59,352 nucleotides of DNA from Thermoplasmata archaeon (lineage in GTDB: Archaea > Thermoplasmatota > E2 > JACPAO01 > JAHFTW01), in the NCBI GenBank assembly GCA_034667745.1, contig JAXDQP010000023.1, forward strand, positions 1-59,352, in the 5' to 3' direction. Shown here piece after piece: positions 18,084 to 28,269 of this stretch. The translations under genes and the position numbers were made by a program. How positions within the stretch are numbered: the stretch's first letter is position 1; each line of letters starts with the position of its first letter. The notes below the pieces were generated by a model. That model saw nothing but the letters and a program-made list of their open reading frames with translations. It was not told the origin of the DNA and ran no database searches.

Positions 18084-19019
18084 CTAGAACGGGAAGGGGT
18101 CGCTGTTGGCGAACGACCAGCCCGCCGGGGGCTTGGCGTTGTAGAAGTTCGTCTGGAAGACCTGGAACTCCTGGTTGATGCCGACGCCCGCCTCCTGGCC
18201 GGACGCCTTCTTGATGCTGCCCAGGATCTCCAGGTCGGTCTGGCCGGCGGGGTCGATCATCTTGCGGGTGTCGCCCTGCTCGTTGGGGCCGACGACGCCG
18301 GTCTCCAGGCGGAGCAGGATGGGGCTTGCGCCCTCGGCGAGGCCGTACCAGTCGCCCGCGGTGCGCTTCTGGAAGCTGATGAGGATGCCCATCTGGTCGG
18401 AGGTGCCCTGGCCGTTGGAGGCGAACACCAGCTCCAGCACCATCGTCTGCCAGTTGGGGCCGACGCTGGTGTTGAAGTCGCGCGCGTCTCCCTGCACCTT
18501 GCGCAGCTCGGGCGCGCAGCCGCCGGGGCAGGTGGGGCTGATGGAGCTGTAGTCGGTCACGCAGGGCGCGGTGATGATGGGGCCCTGGTAGCCGCAGGTG
18601 ATGAGGCCCTTGAACTTGTACTGCTCGTGGTAGGGCTTGGCCGTGAAGAGGGCCTCCATCAGCACGCGCGTGATCTGCGGCTCCGCGCCGGCCTTCACCT
18701 CGACGCTGGTCTGCACGGGCTTGTAGAGCAGGTGCGAGAAGGAGAGGAAGTAGGTGCCGGGCTGGAGGCCGCCGAAGGTGAAGCGGCCCTGCGCGTCGGT
18801 GGTGGCGGTCTTGTTGCCGGTGGGCGTGGCGAGGGCGACGGCGACCTTGCCGATGGGGACGATGGCCTGGTCCACGACGATGCCGCGGATGCCGCCCGTG
18901 GTGGCCGAGACGTCCACCGTGAGGCCGTTGAAGGCGTTGGGGTCGACGCCGTTGTTGGAGCCGGAGGAGGCGCAGCCCGAGAGCAGCAGGACGCAGGCGG
19001 CGGCCAGGAGGGCGCGCAT
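18084..19019 (-). CDS. Carboxypeptidase-regulatory-like domain lipoprotein (array copy 4)
   Basis: Lipobox LSGC; TGGIRGIVVD..IVPI, TTDAQGRFTFGGLQPGTY; C-terminal FYNAKPPAGWSF. Confidence 0.85.
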   Translation of the reverse strand: MRALLAAACVLLLSGCASSGSNNGVDPNAFNGLTVDVSATTGGIRGIVVDQAIVPIGKVAVALATPTGNKTATTDAQGRFTFGGLQPGTYFLSFSHLLYKPVQTSVEVKAGAEPQITRVLMEALFTAKPYHEQYKFKGLITCGYQGPIITAPCVTDYSSISPTCPGGCAPELRKVQGDARDFNTSVGPNWQTMVLELVFASNGQGTSDQMGILISFQKRTAGDWYGLAEGASPILLRLETGVVGPNEQGDTRKMIDPAGQTDLEILGSIKKASGQEAGVGINQEFQVFQTNFYNAKPPAGWSFANSDPFPF

Positions 19020-19043
19020 GCCGGTCGGAGTCCACGCCCGCAC

Positions 19044-19054
19044 GATAACGGTTT
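19044..19054 (-). promoter_or_regulatory. Conserved BRE/TATA-like motif AAACCGTTATC
   Basis: Identical 11-mer 25 nt upstream of ATG 19019; also at 20080 and 21104. Confidence 0.7.
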
Positions 19055-19129
19055 CGCCCGTGCCCGGTCCTTGCGGGGTGCCTGAAACGTCGCGTTCCCT
19101 CCTGTCGGGGTGGAGCGCGGTGTCGCTTG

Positions 19130-20056
19130 CTAGAACGGCGGCTCGTCGCCCTTGGCGAAGGACCATCCCTCGGGCGGCTTGGCGTTGTAGAACGTCGTCT
19201 CGAAGACCTGGAGCTCCTGCTGGTAGGCCACCGCGACGGGGGAGCCGGGGCCGGGCGCCTCGTTGAGGAACAGGTAGAGGTCGTCCTCGCCCGAGGCGTT
19301 GATGAGCGGCCGCTTGGCGCCCTGCTCCGTCGGGTGGCGCACGCCGGTCTCGAAGCGCAGCAGGAGCGGGCTGGGGCCGGCGACGCTGCCGAAGCTCTCG
19401 GCGGAGGTGCGGCCCGTGTAGCTCAGGCTCATGAGCATGCTCTCCGCGTTGCCGGCCGAGGGCTTGTCGAACGCGACCTCGACCACCAGGGTCTCCCAGC
19501 GCGCGCCGACGGTGAGGTTGAACGAGCGGCGGTCGCCCTGCGCGTGCTGCAGCTGCTCGTGCCGCTCCGGGACGCAGCCGCCGCCGCAGGCCAGTTGCGT
19601 GTAGTCGAGGACGCAGATGGAGCTGAGGGCCGGCGTGCCGTAGCCGCACAGCAGCGTCCCCTTCAGCTTGATTTGCTCGTGGTAGGGCGTGGCCGTGAAG
19701 ACCGGGGCCAGCTGGACGCGGGTGGGGGAGGGCGCGCTGCCGGCGTGGACCTCCACGGCGGTGCGGGTGGGCAGGTAGAGAAGGTGCTCGAAGGCCACGA
19801 CGTAGGTGCCGGGCGGGAGGCCGCCGAACGCGAAGCGCCCGCCGGAGTCCGTGGCCGTGGTGCGGTTGCCGCCGCCGGGCAGCGCGAGCGCGACGTGGAC
19901 CTTGGCGATGGGCGCGATGGCGAGGTCGACGACGATGCCGTTGATTGCGCCCGTGGAGCCGGTGACGCCCTCGGGCAGGACCTCCGCCTTGGGGGCGCTG
20001 CTGCACCCGGCCAGGACGAGGGCGAGCAGGAGCAGGGTCGCGCGTCCGCCACGCAT
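19130..20056 (-). CDS. Carboxypeptidase-regulatory-like domain lipoprotein (array copy 3)
   Basis: Lipobox LAGC; TGAINGIVVD, TDSGGRFAFGGLPPGTY; C-terminal FYNAKPPEGWSF. Confidence 0.85.
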   Translation of the reverse strand: MRGGRATLLLLALVLAGCSSAPKAEVLPEGVTGSTGAINGIVVDLAIAPIAKVHVALALPGGGNRTTATDSGGRFAFGGLPPGTYVVAFEHLLYLPTRTAVEVHAGSAPSPTRVQLAPVFTATPYHEQIKLKGTLLCGYGTPALSSICVLDYTQLACGGGCVPERHEQLQHAQGDRRSFNLTVGARWETLVVEVAFDKPSAGNAESMLMSLSYTGRTSAESFGSVAGPSPLLLRFETGVRHPTEQGAKRPLINASGEDDLYLFLNEAPGPGSPVAVAYQQELQVFETTFYNAKPPEGWSFAKGDEPPF

Positions 20057-20079
20057 GCGGAGGCATCCTGCGGCGTCGC

Positions 20080-20090
20080 GATAACGGTTT
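20080..20090 (-). promoter_or_regulatory. Conserved BRE/TATA-like motif AAACCGTTATC
   Basis: 24 nt upstream of ATG 20056. Confidence 0.7.
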
Positions 20091-20114
20091 GGGCGTTTGC
20101 ACACTCCGTGTCGC

Positions 20115-21080
20115 CTAGAAGGGGTAGGGGTCGCCCTTCACGAACGACCAGCCGTCCGGCGGGGTGCCGTAGTAGAACTGCGTCACGAAGACCTCGAAGT
20201 CCTGGTTGAGCGCGATTCCGGGCGCGGGGCTGCCGGCGTCGCGGCGCACCGAGACGAAGTAGCTCATCCGGCCCATGCCCTCCGCCGGCACCGTGGTCGG
20301 CTCGACGTCGGCGCCGGTCTCGTGCTGCTTGCCGACGTCCAGCTCGAAGCGCATCGGGCTGGGGCTCGCCACGTTGGCGAACGAGTGCGTGGGGTCGCGC
20401 GTGGCCTTGTCGGTGCTGACCACCATCCCCATGCGGGGCGAACTGCCCTGCGCGGTCGGCTGCCACACCATCTCGAAGACCATCGCCTGCCAGCCGGCGC
20501 CCACGTCGGTGTGCCACTCGCGCGACTGGCTCGTGACGTTGTCCATCGCCTTGGTGGGCAGCCCGTTGCAGGTCGAGGGGTCCATGACGAGCGGGCACTG
20601 GTCGGTGACGCAGTTGCTGGAGGAGTAGACGCCCGCCCCGTTCTGGCTGCACTCGAAGAAGCCCTTCTGCTTGATGGCGTTGTGGAACGGCTTCTGGCTG
20701 AACAGGGGCTGCAATTGGATTTTGGTGATGGCCGGGTCCACGCCCGCCTTGACCTCGGCGGAGGCCTGCGCGGCGTGGTACAGCGGCGCGCTCGCGGTCA
20801 GGAAGTAGGTGCCCGCGGCGAGGCCCGCGAAGACGAAGCGGCCCTCCTTGTCGGTCGTGGCGGTCTTGTTGCCGCCGGCGGGGAGCGCGAGGCTGACCTT
20901 GGCGCCCGCGATGGGGACGATGGCCGCGTCCACCACGACGCCCTTGATGCCGCCCGTCGTCTCCGTGACGGCGACGTCGATGCCCTTGAACTGGTCCGCG
21001 CCCGCCTGGGCCGAGCCGGAGCTTGCGCACCCGGGCAACAGGAGGGAGAGCACCGTCGCCGCGACAATCCAGCCACGCAT
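20115..21080 (-). CDS. Carboxypeptidase-regulatory-like domain lipoprotein (array copy 2)
   Basis: Lipobox LPGC; TGGIKGVVVD, TTDKEGRFVFAGLAAGTY; C-terminal FYYGTPPDGWSF. Confidence 0.85.
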   Translation of the reverse strand: MRGWIVAATVLSLLLPGCASSGSAQAGADQFKGIDVAVTETTGGIKGVVVDAAIVPIAGAKVSLALPAGGNKTATTDKEGRFVFAGLAAGTYFLTASAPLYHAAQASAEVKAGVDPAITKIQLQPLFSQKPFHNAIKQKGFFECSQNGAGVYSSSNCVTDQCPLVMDPSTCNGLPTKAMDNVTSQSREWHTDVGAGWQAMVFEMVWQPTAQGSSPRMGMVVSTDKATRDPTHSFANVASPSPMRFELDVGKQHETGADVEPTTVPAEGMGRMSYFVSVRRDAGSPAPGIALNQDFEVFVTQFYYGTPPDGWSFVKGDPYPF

Positions 21081-21103
21081 GCGGGGCCAGCCGACGGCGC
21101 GCG

Positions 21104-21114
21104 GATAACGGTTT
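21104..21114 (-). promoter_or_regulatory. Conserved BRE/TATA-like motif AAACCGTTATC
   Basis: 24 nt upstream of ATG 21080. Confidence 0.7.
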
Positions 21115-21142
21115 CGGCCCTGCCGGGCCGCCGCGCCGCGGC

Positions 21143-22084
21143 TCAGCCGATGGGGTACTGGTCCTGCGTCTCGAACGTCCAGCCGTCGGCCGCCTTGTAG
21201 TTGTGGAACAGGGTCGTGATGACGGTGAACTGGAAGTTCGTCGCCGTGGAGAAGCTGTTCCAGTTCAGGAAGCCGCGCGAGGCGACGTGCTTGCCCAGGG
21301 GCATGGTGGCGTTGTCCTTGTCCGCGTCGAGGCGGGCGAAGGTCGGGCTCTTCTGGTACACCAGGAGGTAGTCGGTGTCCGAGCAGTCGCACGAGTTGTC
21401 GATGGGCGTCGAGGAGAGCGTCACCATCAGGTCCGGCACCTTGTCGTCGGTCCAGAACGCCTCCTGGATGATGGTGGCGGTGTCGGGGGTGACGTCGAAG
21501 TACTGCGTGTTGGTGCCCGACATGACGTTGCGGGGCGCCGGGTAGGGCGCGGTGCCGTTGGCCTCGTCGTAGGCGGTGCGGACGCCGAAGTCGCACTGGT
21601 CGGTGATGATGGGCGTGACGCCGGGGAGGCCGAACGAGAAGGCGCACTCGTAGAAGCCGTTGAGCTTGTAGACCTCCATGTAGGGCTGCTTGCCGGGCAT
21701 GCGGTCAATCTGGACCTTCACGACGGGCGGGGCGGCGTCGCCGGCCTTGACGGTGGCGGTGGCCTGCACGGTGGTGTAGCCGGGCTTGGAGACGGTGAAG
21801 AAGTAGTCGCCGGGCTTGAGGCCGGAGAAGGTGAACAGGCCGGACTTGTCGCTGACCGTGTTCTGCGCGCCGTTGGCCATCGCGACCTTGGCGCCGGCCA
21901 CGGGGGTGATGGCGGAGTCGACGACCACGCCGCGGATGCCGCCGGTCTGCTGGTCCACCTTCAGCTCGGGGGCGCCGGCGCCGGCGCTACCCGTGTCAAT
22001 CGGCTGGTCGCCGGCCTTGCTGGCGCAGCCGGCCAGCAGGGCGGCGGAAAGGAGGGCAATCGCGGCTAGGGAGACCCAACGCAC
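21143..22084 (-). CDS. Carboxypeptidase-regulatory-like domain lipoprotein (array copy 1)
   Basis: GTG start; lipobox LAGC; TGGIRGVVVD, SDKSGLFTFSGLKPGDY; C-terminal FHNYKAADGWTF. Confidence 0.85.
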   Translation of the reverse strand: MRWVSLAAIALLSAALLAGCASKAGDQPIDTGSAGAGAPELKVDQQTGGIRGVVVDSAITPVAGAKVAMANGAQNTVSDKSGLFTFSGLKPGDYFFTVSKPGYTTVQATATVKAGDAAPPVVKVQIDRMPGKQPYMEVYKLNGFYECAFSFGLPGVTPIITDQCDFGVRTAYDEANGTAPYPAPRNVMSGTNTQYFDVTPDTATIIQEAFWTDDKVPDLMVTLSSTPIDNSCDCSDTDYLLVYQKSPTFARLDADKDNATMPLGKHVASRGFLNWNSFSTATNFQFTVITTLFHNYKAADGWTFETQDQYPIG

Positions 22085-22182
22085 GACGCGTCGAGGCGCG
22101 CCCCAGGAGAAAAGCCTTGGGGCCAGTGCCGCCCCCTGGGCCAGGGAGAGCGCGGAGGCCGGGGGCGGGACGGGACCGGCGG

Positions 22183-22611
22183 CTAGGCGAGGGGGGAGGT
22201 GCAGTGGGGGCAGCGGCGGGCGGCCAGGGGGATGGGGCTGGCGCACTCGGGGCAGGTCTTGTTCTCGGGCGTCGTCGGCTGGCGGCGCTTGAGGCGGTTG
22301 ACCTGCTTGATGAGGAGGAAGATGGCGAACGCGACGATGACGAACTCGAGGACGATGTTCAGGAACTGGCCGTAGTTGACGGTGACCGCGCCCTGCGCCT
22401 TGGCGTCGGCGAGGGTCTTGGTGTGGTTGCCGCGCAGGGTCCAGAACTTGTTGGCGAAGTCGGCGTTGCCCAGCAGCAGCGAGATGGGCGGCATGATGAC
22501 GTCGTTGACGAGGCTGGTGACAATCTTGCCGAACGCGGCGCCGATGATGACGCCGACCGCGAGGTCCACGACGCTGCCCCGGATGGCGAACTCGCGGAAC
22601 TCCTTCAGCAC
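22183..22611 (-). CDS. mscL: Large-conductance mechanosensitive channel with C-terminal zinc ribbon
   Basis: [37 protein letters not shown]; CPEC/CPHC tail. Confidence 0.95.
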   Translation of the reverse strand: MLKEFREFAIRGSVVDLAVGVIIGAAFGKIVTSLVNDVIMPPISLLLGNADFANKFWTLRGNHTKTLADAKAQGAVTVNYGQFLNIVLEFVIVAFAIFLLIKQVNRLKRRQPTTPENKTCPECASPIPLAARRCPHCTSPLA

Positions 22612-22715
22612 CTTCACGGCCCCCGCAGCGCGCGGCACGGAAAAAGGGCGCGCAGCCGCATGGCGCCGTCCGGCACGGCCCGACGACTTTTCTACGCGGG
22701 GCCGGTCGCCGCCGC

Positions 22716-23219
22716 ATGGACGAGACCGCCCCGCCCCCCCAGGAGCCCGTGCCCCAGGAGGCCGCCCCCGCCCCGGGCGCCGAGGCGCAACTGGCGGAGC
22801 TGCGCGAGAAGGTGCTGCGGGCGCGCGCCGACTACGACAACCTGGCCCGCCGCACCGCCCGCGAGGCGCAGGTGGAGCGCGAGCGCAACAAGGCGCGCGT
22901 CCTGGAGGGCTTCCTGCCGCTGGCAGAGCTGGCGCACATGGCGGCGCGGCAGGCCGAGGCGCACCCCGGCCCCCTGACGGAGGGCGTCGTGATGCTGGCG
23001 CGCGAGTTCGACCGCCTGCTGGAGCGCGAGGGCGTCACCCGCATCGGCGAGGTCGGCGAGGCGGCGGACCCGGCGCGGCACGAGGTGCTGGCCACCGAGG
23101 CCGCCGAGGGCGTGGCGGCCGGCTGCGTCACCCGCGTCATCCAGCCCGGCTACCTCATGGGCGCCAAGGTGCTGCGCTACGCCAAGGTCGCCGTGGCCCC
23201 CGCCTCCCCGGCCGCCTAG
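22716..23219 (+). CDS. grpE: Nucleotide exchange factor GrpE
   Basis: [33 protein letters not shown]. Confidence 0.92.
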   Translation: MDETAPPPQEPVPQEAAPAPGAEAQLAELREKVLRARADYDNLARRTAREAQVERERNKARVLEGFLPLAELAHMAARQAEAHPGPLTEGVVMLAREFDRLLEREGVTRIGEVGEAADPARHEVLATEAAEGVAAGCVTRVIQPGYLMGAKVLRYAKVAVAPASPAA

Positions 23220-23543
23220 GCCGCCTCAGGAGTCCAGCCGCCGCGCCCGCCGCCACGGCACCAGCCACCACGCCGCCCATGCGCTGCGCGAACACGATGA
23301 AGTCTTGGCTGTGGTCGAGCCGCGGCGTGAAGCGGTGGTAGCTCGCCGGCACCAGCAGGAACAACAGCGCCAGCGCCGTGCACGGCACCCCCACGAAGTT
23401 CGCCACCCGCGCCGCCGCCGGCAGGTCCGGGAAGCTCTGCTGGAACGCCACCACGAGCTGGAAGCCGAAGATGGCCCCGAGCGCCGGAACGATGATGCGG
23501 AACTCGCCCATCAGCGCCTCGATTTCTCGACCTCGTGGGCCAC
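23220..23543 (-). pseudogene. Degraded DUF6328-like membrane protein
   Basis: EFRIIVPALGAIFGFQL..FQQSF, PASYHR; probable 1-nt frameshift near the start, a missing C-terminal helix, and read-through into grpE antisense. Confidence 0.5.
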
Positions 23544-23678
23544 GCGGCCGGATGCGCAGGGCGCGGGAAGCTGGATTGGAATGGGCAAATGCCCCCTGAA
23601 CCAATTTTTTATAGAAGTCCTAACTGACCGTTTCTTCGACGACAGGCTCCGCGTGAGCCTGCAACAGGAGAGAACCAC

Positions 23679-25568
<1,890 letters not shown>

Positions 25569-25621
25569 GCGCGCCGCGAGCGGGTCGGCACCTTCATGGC
25601 CCGCCGCCCCGATGCCGCGGC

Positions 25622-25846
25622 ATGGAGCTTCCCTCCAAGCGCAAGGTGAAGAAGACGCTCGCCAAGGCCACCAAGACGGTGAAGGCGAAGGCGGCGGACG
25701 CCACCAAGAAAGCGGTCAAGGCGACCAAGGCGAAGGCCAAGCGCGCGGAGAAGGCGACGCGCAAGGACCGCAAGCTCCTGTCCAAGCACGTGAAGCAGGC
25801 GGCCCACGACGCCGCCGACGCCGTCCGCGACGCCGTCAAGGCGTGA
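25622..25846 (+). CDS. Small Lys/Ala-rich basic protein (74 aa; histone-H1-like composition)
   Basis: MELPSKRKVKKTLAKATKTVKAK...; about 20 Lys; strong AAG/GCC codon bias. Confidence 0.75.
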   Translation: MELPSKRKVKKTLAKATKTVKAKAADATKKAVKATKAKAKRAEKATRKDRKLLSKHVKQAAHDAADAVRDAVKA

Positions 25847-25886
25847 GCCGGGGCAGCCTTTTCCATCCCCCCGCCCTGGGCGGCGC

Positions 25887-26168
25887 GTGGAGGCAAGCCT
25901 GCAGGCGGCGGCCATCAGCGCCGGCGTCGTCGCGGTCCTGTGCGGCACCGTCGCCTTCGCCTCGTGGCGGGCCATGCTGCGCACCGGCAACCCCCGCATC
26001 CGGCTCGTCGTCTTCGCCTTCGCGCTGCTGGCGGCCAAGAACCTCGTGAAGTCCGTCCGCCTCGCCTCCGGCGCGCCCGAGAGCGGCGGCCTGGAGCTGG
26101 CCTTCAGCCTCGTCGACCTCGCCGCCGTCGCCCTCATCGCGTGGCCGCTCGTGACCCGGAGGGCGTGA
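25887..26168 (+). CDS. Small 3-TM membrane protein
   Basis: Three hydrophobic helices, WRAMLRTGNPR loop; TGATG overlap with the downstream HTH gene. Confidence 0.75.
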   Translation: MEASLQAAAISAGVVAVLCGTVAFASWRAMLRTGNPRIRLVVFAFALLAAKNLVKSVRLASGAPESGGLELAFSLVDLAAVALIAWPLVTRRA

Positions 26169-26683
26169 TGGCCCGCCCCACCCGCGTCGCCGTCCTGCAG
26201 GCCGTGGCCGACTTCCCCGGCATCCACGTGCGCGAGATGGAGCGCCACCTCGGCCTGAGCAGCCGCCTCGCCGCCTACCACCTCGGCCTGCTCGAGGAGG
26301 AGGGCGCCGTGCAGCGCGTGCAGGAGACGGGCTACGCGCGCTACTTCCCCGCGCTCGGCCACCCGAAGTGGAGCCGCCGCGACGTCGCGTTCCTCTGCCT
26401 GATGCGCCGCGCCGCCGCCTTCCACGTCACGCTGCTGCTGCTCTCCGCCGGGGAGTTGGGGCGCACCGAGCTTGCGCAGCGCCTGCGGCTGGCGCCGGCG
26501 AGCGTGAGCTACCACCTCGACCTCCTGCAGCGGGCGGGCGTGGTGGCGGCGCGCACGGAGGGGCGCAAGCGCCTGTACGCGCTGCACGACGAGGCGCACA
26601 CCCGGGGCGTGCTCGCGAACTTCACGCCGCTGCCCGAGGAGCTGGAACCCTTCGAGTCGGTCTGGAATGACCTGTTCCACTAG
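26168..26683 (+). CDS. Tandem winged-helix (ArsR-like) transcriptional regulator
   Basis: PGIHVREMERHLGL...YHLGLL and ELAQRLRLAPASVSYHLDLL...GRKRLY. Confidence 0.88.
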   Translation: MARPTRVAVLQAVADFPGIHVREMERHLGLSSRLAAYHLGLLEEEGAVQRVQETGYARYFPALGHPKWSRRDVAFLCLMRRAAAFHVTLLLLSAGELGRTELAQRLRLAPASVSYHLDLLQRAGVVAARTEGRKRLYALHDEAHTRGVLANFTPLPEELEPFESVWNDLFH

Positions 26684-26745
26684 CCGGGGCGGCCACCTGT
26701 CGATAAGTGCGGAAAGCTTATTTCTCTCCCGGGGTCGGTTGGGGC

Positions 26746-28269
26746 GTGCCCTCCGCGCCCGCCCTCGCGCTCCTGGCCGCCTGCGCCGTCGCGCTGGCGG
26801 GCTGCGGCGGCAAGAGCGAAGCCGCGAAGGAAGCCGGCAGCGACTCAACGGGCCTGCCGCTGGACGACCGCCTCCACGTTCCGCTCGTGGCCAACCGCAC
26901 CATCGCGCCCGCCCTTGGCCTCCAGGTGGCGAGCGCCGCCGTGGCCGTGAGCGTGCCCGGCCACCGCACGAGCGAGTTCACGGTGGCGCGCGACCCAACG
27001 AACCCCTACCACCTCGTCGCGGCCGGCATGGACTGGGACTCCCCCGACGGGACCGTGCAGTGCGCCGCGTTCGTGTCGCGCGACGGCGGCGGCTCGTGGA
27101 CGGCGGCGCAGGCGCTGCCCGGCCACGTCGGCACCTCGGAGGACACCGACCCCTGGGTCGCCATCGACGCCAAGGGCGTCACCTACCTCACCTGCACCGA
27201 GGCCGGCACCGGCCTGCTGCTGGGCAAGAGCCTCGACGGCGGCGCGACGTGGCAGCCCGCACAGGTCGTCCCCACCGGCGGGACCGCGGCCAAGGACGCC
27301 CTCGGCGCGTTCGGCGACGGCCAGCTCTACCTCTGCTACCAGACGAGCGTGCTGCACGTGCTCATCTCCAAGGACGGCGGCGGCGCCTGGAACGACGCGG
27401 GCTTCGGCCAGATTCCCGCCGGCTGCAACGGCGTCGTGCAGGGGCCCGGCGGCGAGGTCTACGTCGTCTGGCAGGGCGCCGCCACCATCGAGGCCGACCG
27501 CCTGACGCCCGGGCCGCCGTCGCTCGGCATCGTCCTGACGCGCGACGGCGGCGCGCACTGGGAGGACCTGACCCTGAGCAGCGACACGGGCGCCGCGCCG
27601 CAGAACCTTCCCGCCGCACCGCAGTCGGCCGCGCCCTCGCTTGCCGTGAGCAGCGTCACGGGCGCCGTGTTCGTGGCCGCGCAGCGCTACCAGAACGCCG
27701 AGGTCGTTGGCCCCCTCGGCTCGGCGACGCACGCCGACGGCCTCCTGTTCCGCAGCCGCGACCACGGCCGCACGTTCCAGGGCCTCGCGCTGCCGGCGTT
27801 CCCGAGCGAGGCGTGCGCGGCCTGCAACCTCGTCCACCCCACGCTGGCGGTCGACGACGGCGGCCGCCTCGTCCTGCAGGCCACCCTCTCCAGCGACGAC
27901 AGCACGCAGAAGGAGGTCTGGCTCGCCGTCTCCGGCGACGAGGGCGCGACCTGGCTCGCCCCGGTCCAGCTCGCCGGCACCGGGCCCGACGCGTCCTACG
28001 CCTCGCCCGGCAACTTCCTGCCCGACCCCGCGCGGGTGGCGCAGGACGCCCAGGACATCGCCAAGGACCCCGGCCACGCGCCCGCCGCCGCGCAGGCGCT
28101 CGCCACGCACCAGACCTGGCCCGTCTTCCACCGCGACGGCGGCGAGTATTACGGCATCACGACCCTCCCCGGCGCCGCGCTCGGCCTGTGGGTGCAGCAC
28201 GCGCCCGACGGCCGCAACGCCATCCTCGCCCGCCCCGTCTCCATCCTCTCCCCGAAGGCGACCCCATGA
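26746..28269 (+). CDS. Sialidase-like (BNR/Asp-box) beta-propeller lipoprotein
   Basis: Lipobox LAGC; six Asp boxes SRDGGGSW, SLDGGATW, SKDGGGAW, TRDGGAHW, SRDHGRTF, SGDEGATW. Confidence 0.85.
   Translation: MPSAPALALLAACAVALAGCGGKSEAAKEAGSDSTGLPLDDRLHVPLVANRTIAPALGLQVASAAVAVSVPGHRTSEFTVARDPTNPYHLVAAGMDWDSPDGTVQCAAFVSRDGGGSWTAAQALPGHVGTSEDTDPWVAIDAKGVTYLTCTEAGTGLLLGKSLDGGATWQPAQVVPTGGTAAKDALGAFGDGQLYLCYQTSVLHVLISKDGGGAWNDAGFGQIPAGCNGVVQGPGGEVYVVWQGAATIEADRLTPGPPSLGIVLTRDGGAHWEDLTLSSDTGAAPQNLPAAPQSAAPSLAVSSVTGAVFVAAQRYQNAEVVGPLGSATHADGLLFRSRDHGRTFQGLALPAFPSEACAACNLVHPTLAVDDGGRLVLQATLSSDDSTQKEVWLAVSGDEGATWLAPVQLAGTGPDASYASPGNFLPDPARVAQDAQDIAKDPGHAPAAAQALATHQTWPVFHRDGGEYYGITTLPGAALGLWVQHAPDGRNAILARPVSILSPKATP

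Noticed and set aside
18084-20102. Single 672-aa fusion ORF (likewise 7673-9961, 26667-29411, 41367-43148, 52508-55102)
   Set aside because: The N-terminal extensions are out-of-frame read-through of neighbouring genes; the true starts carry lipoboxes/signal peptides or known N-termini
19044-21114. CRISPR-like or mobile repeat from the ~1-kb periodic 11-mer
   Set aside because: The periodicity equals the gene length of the paralog array; it is a promoter motif, and no cas genes are present
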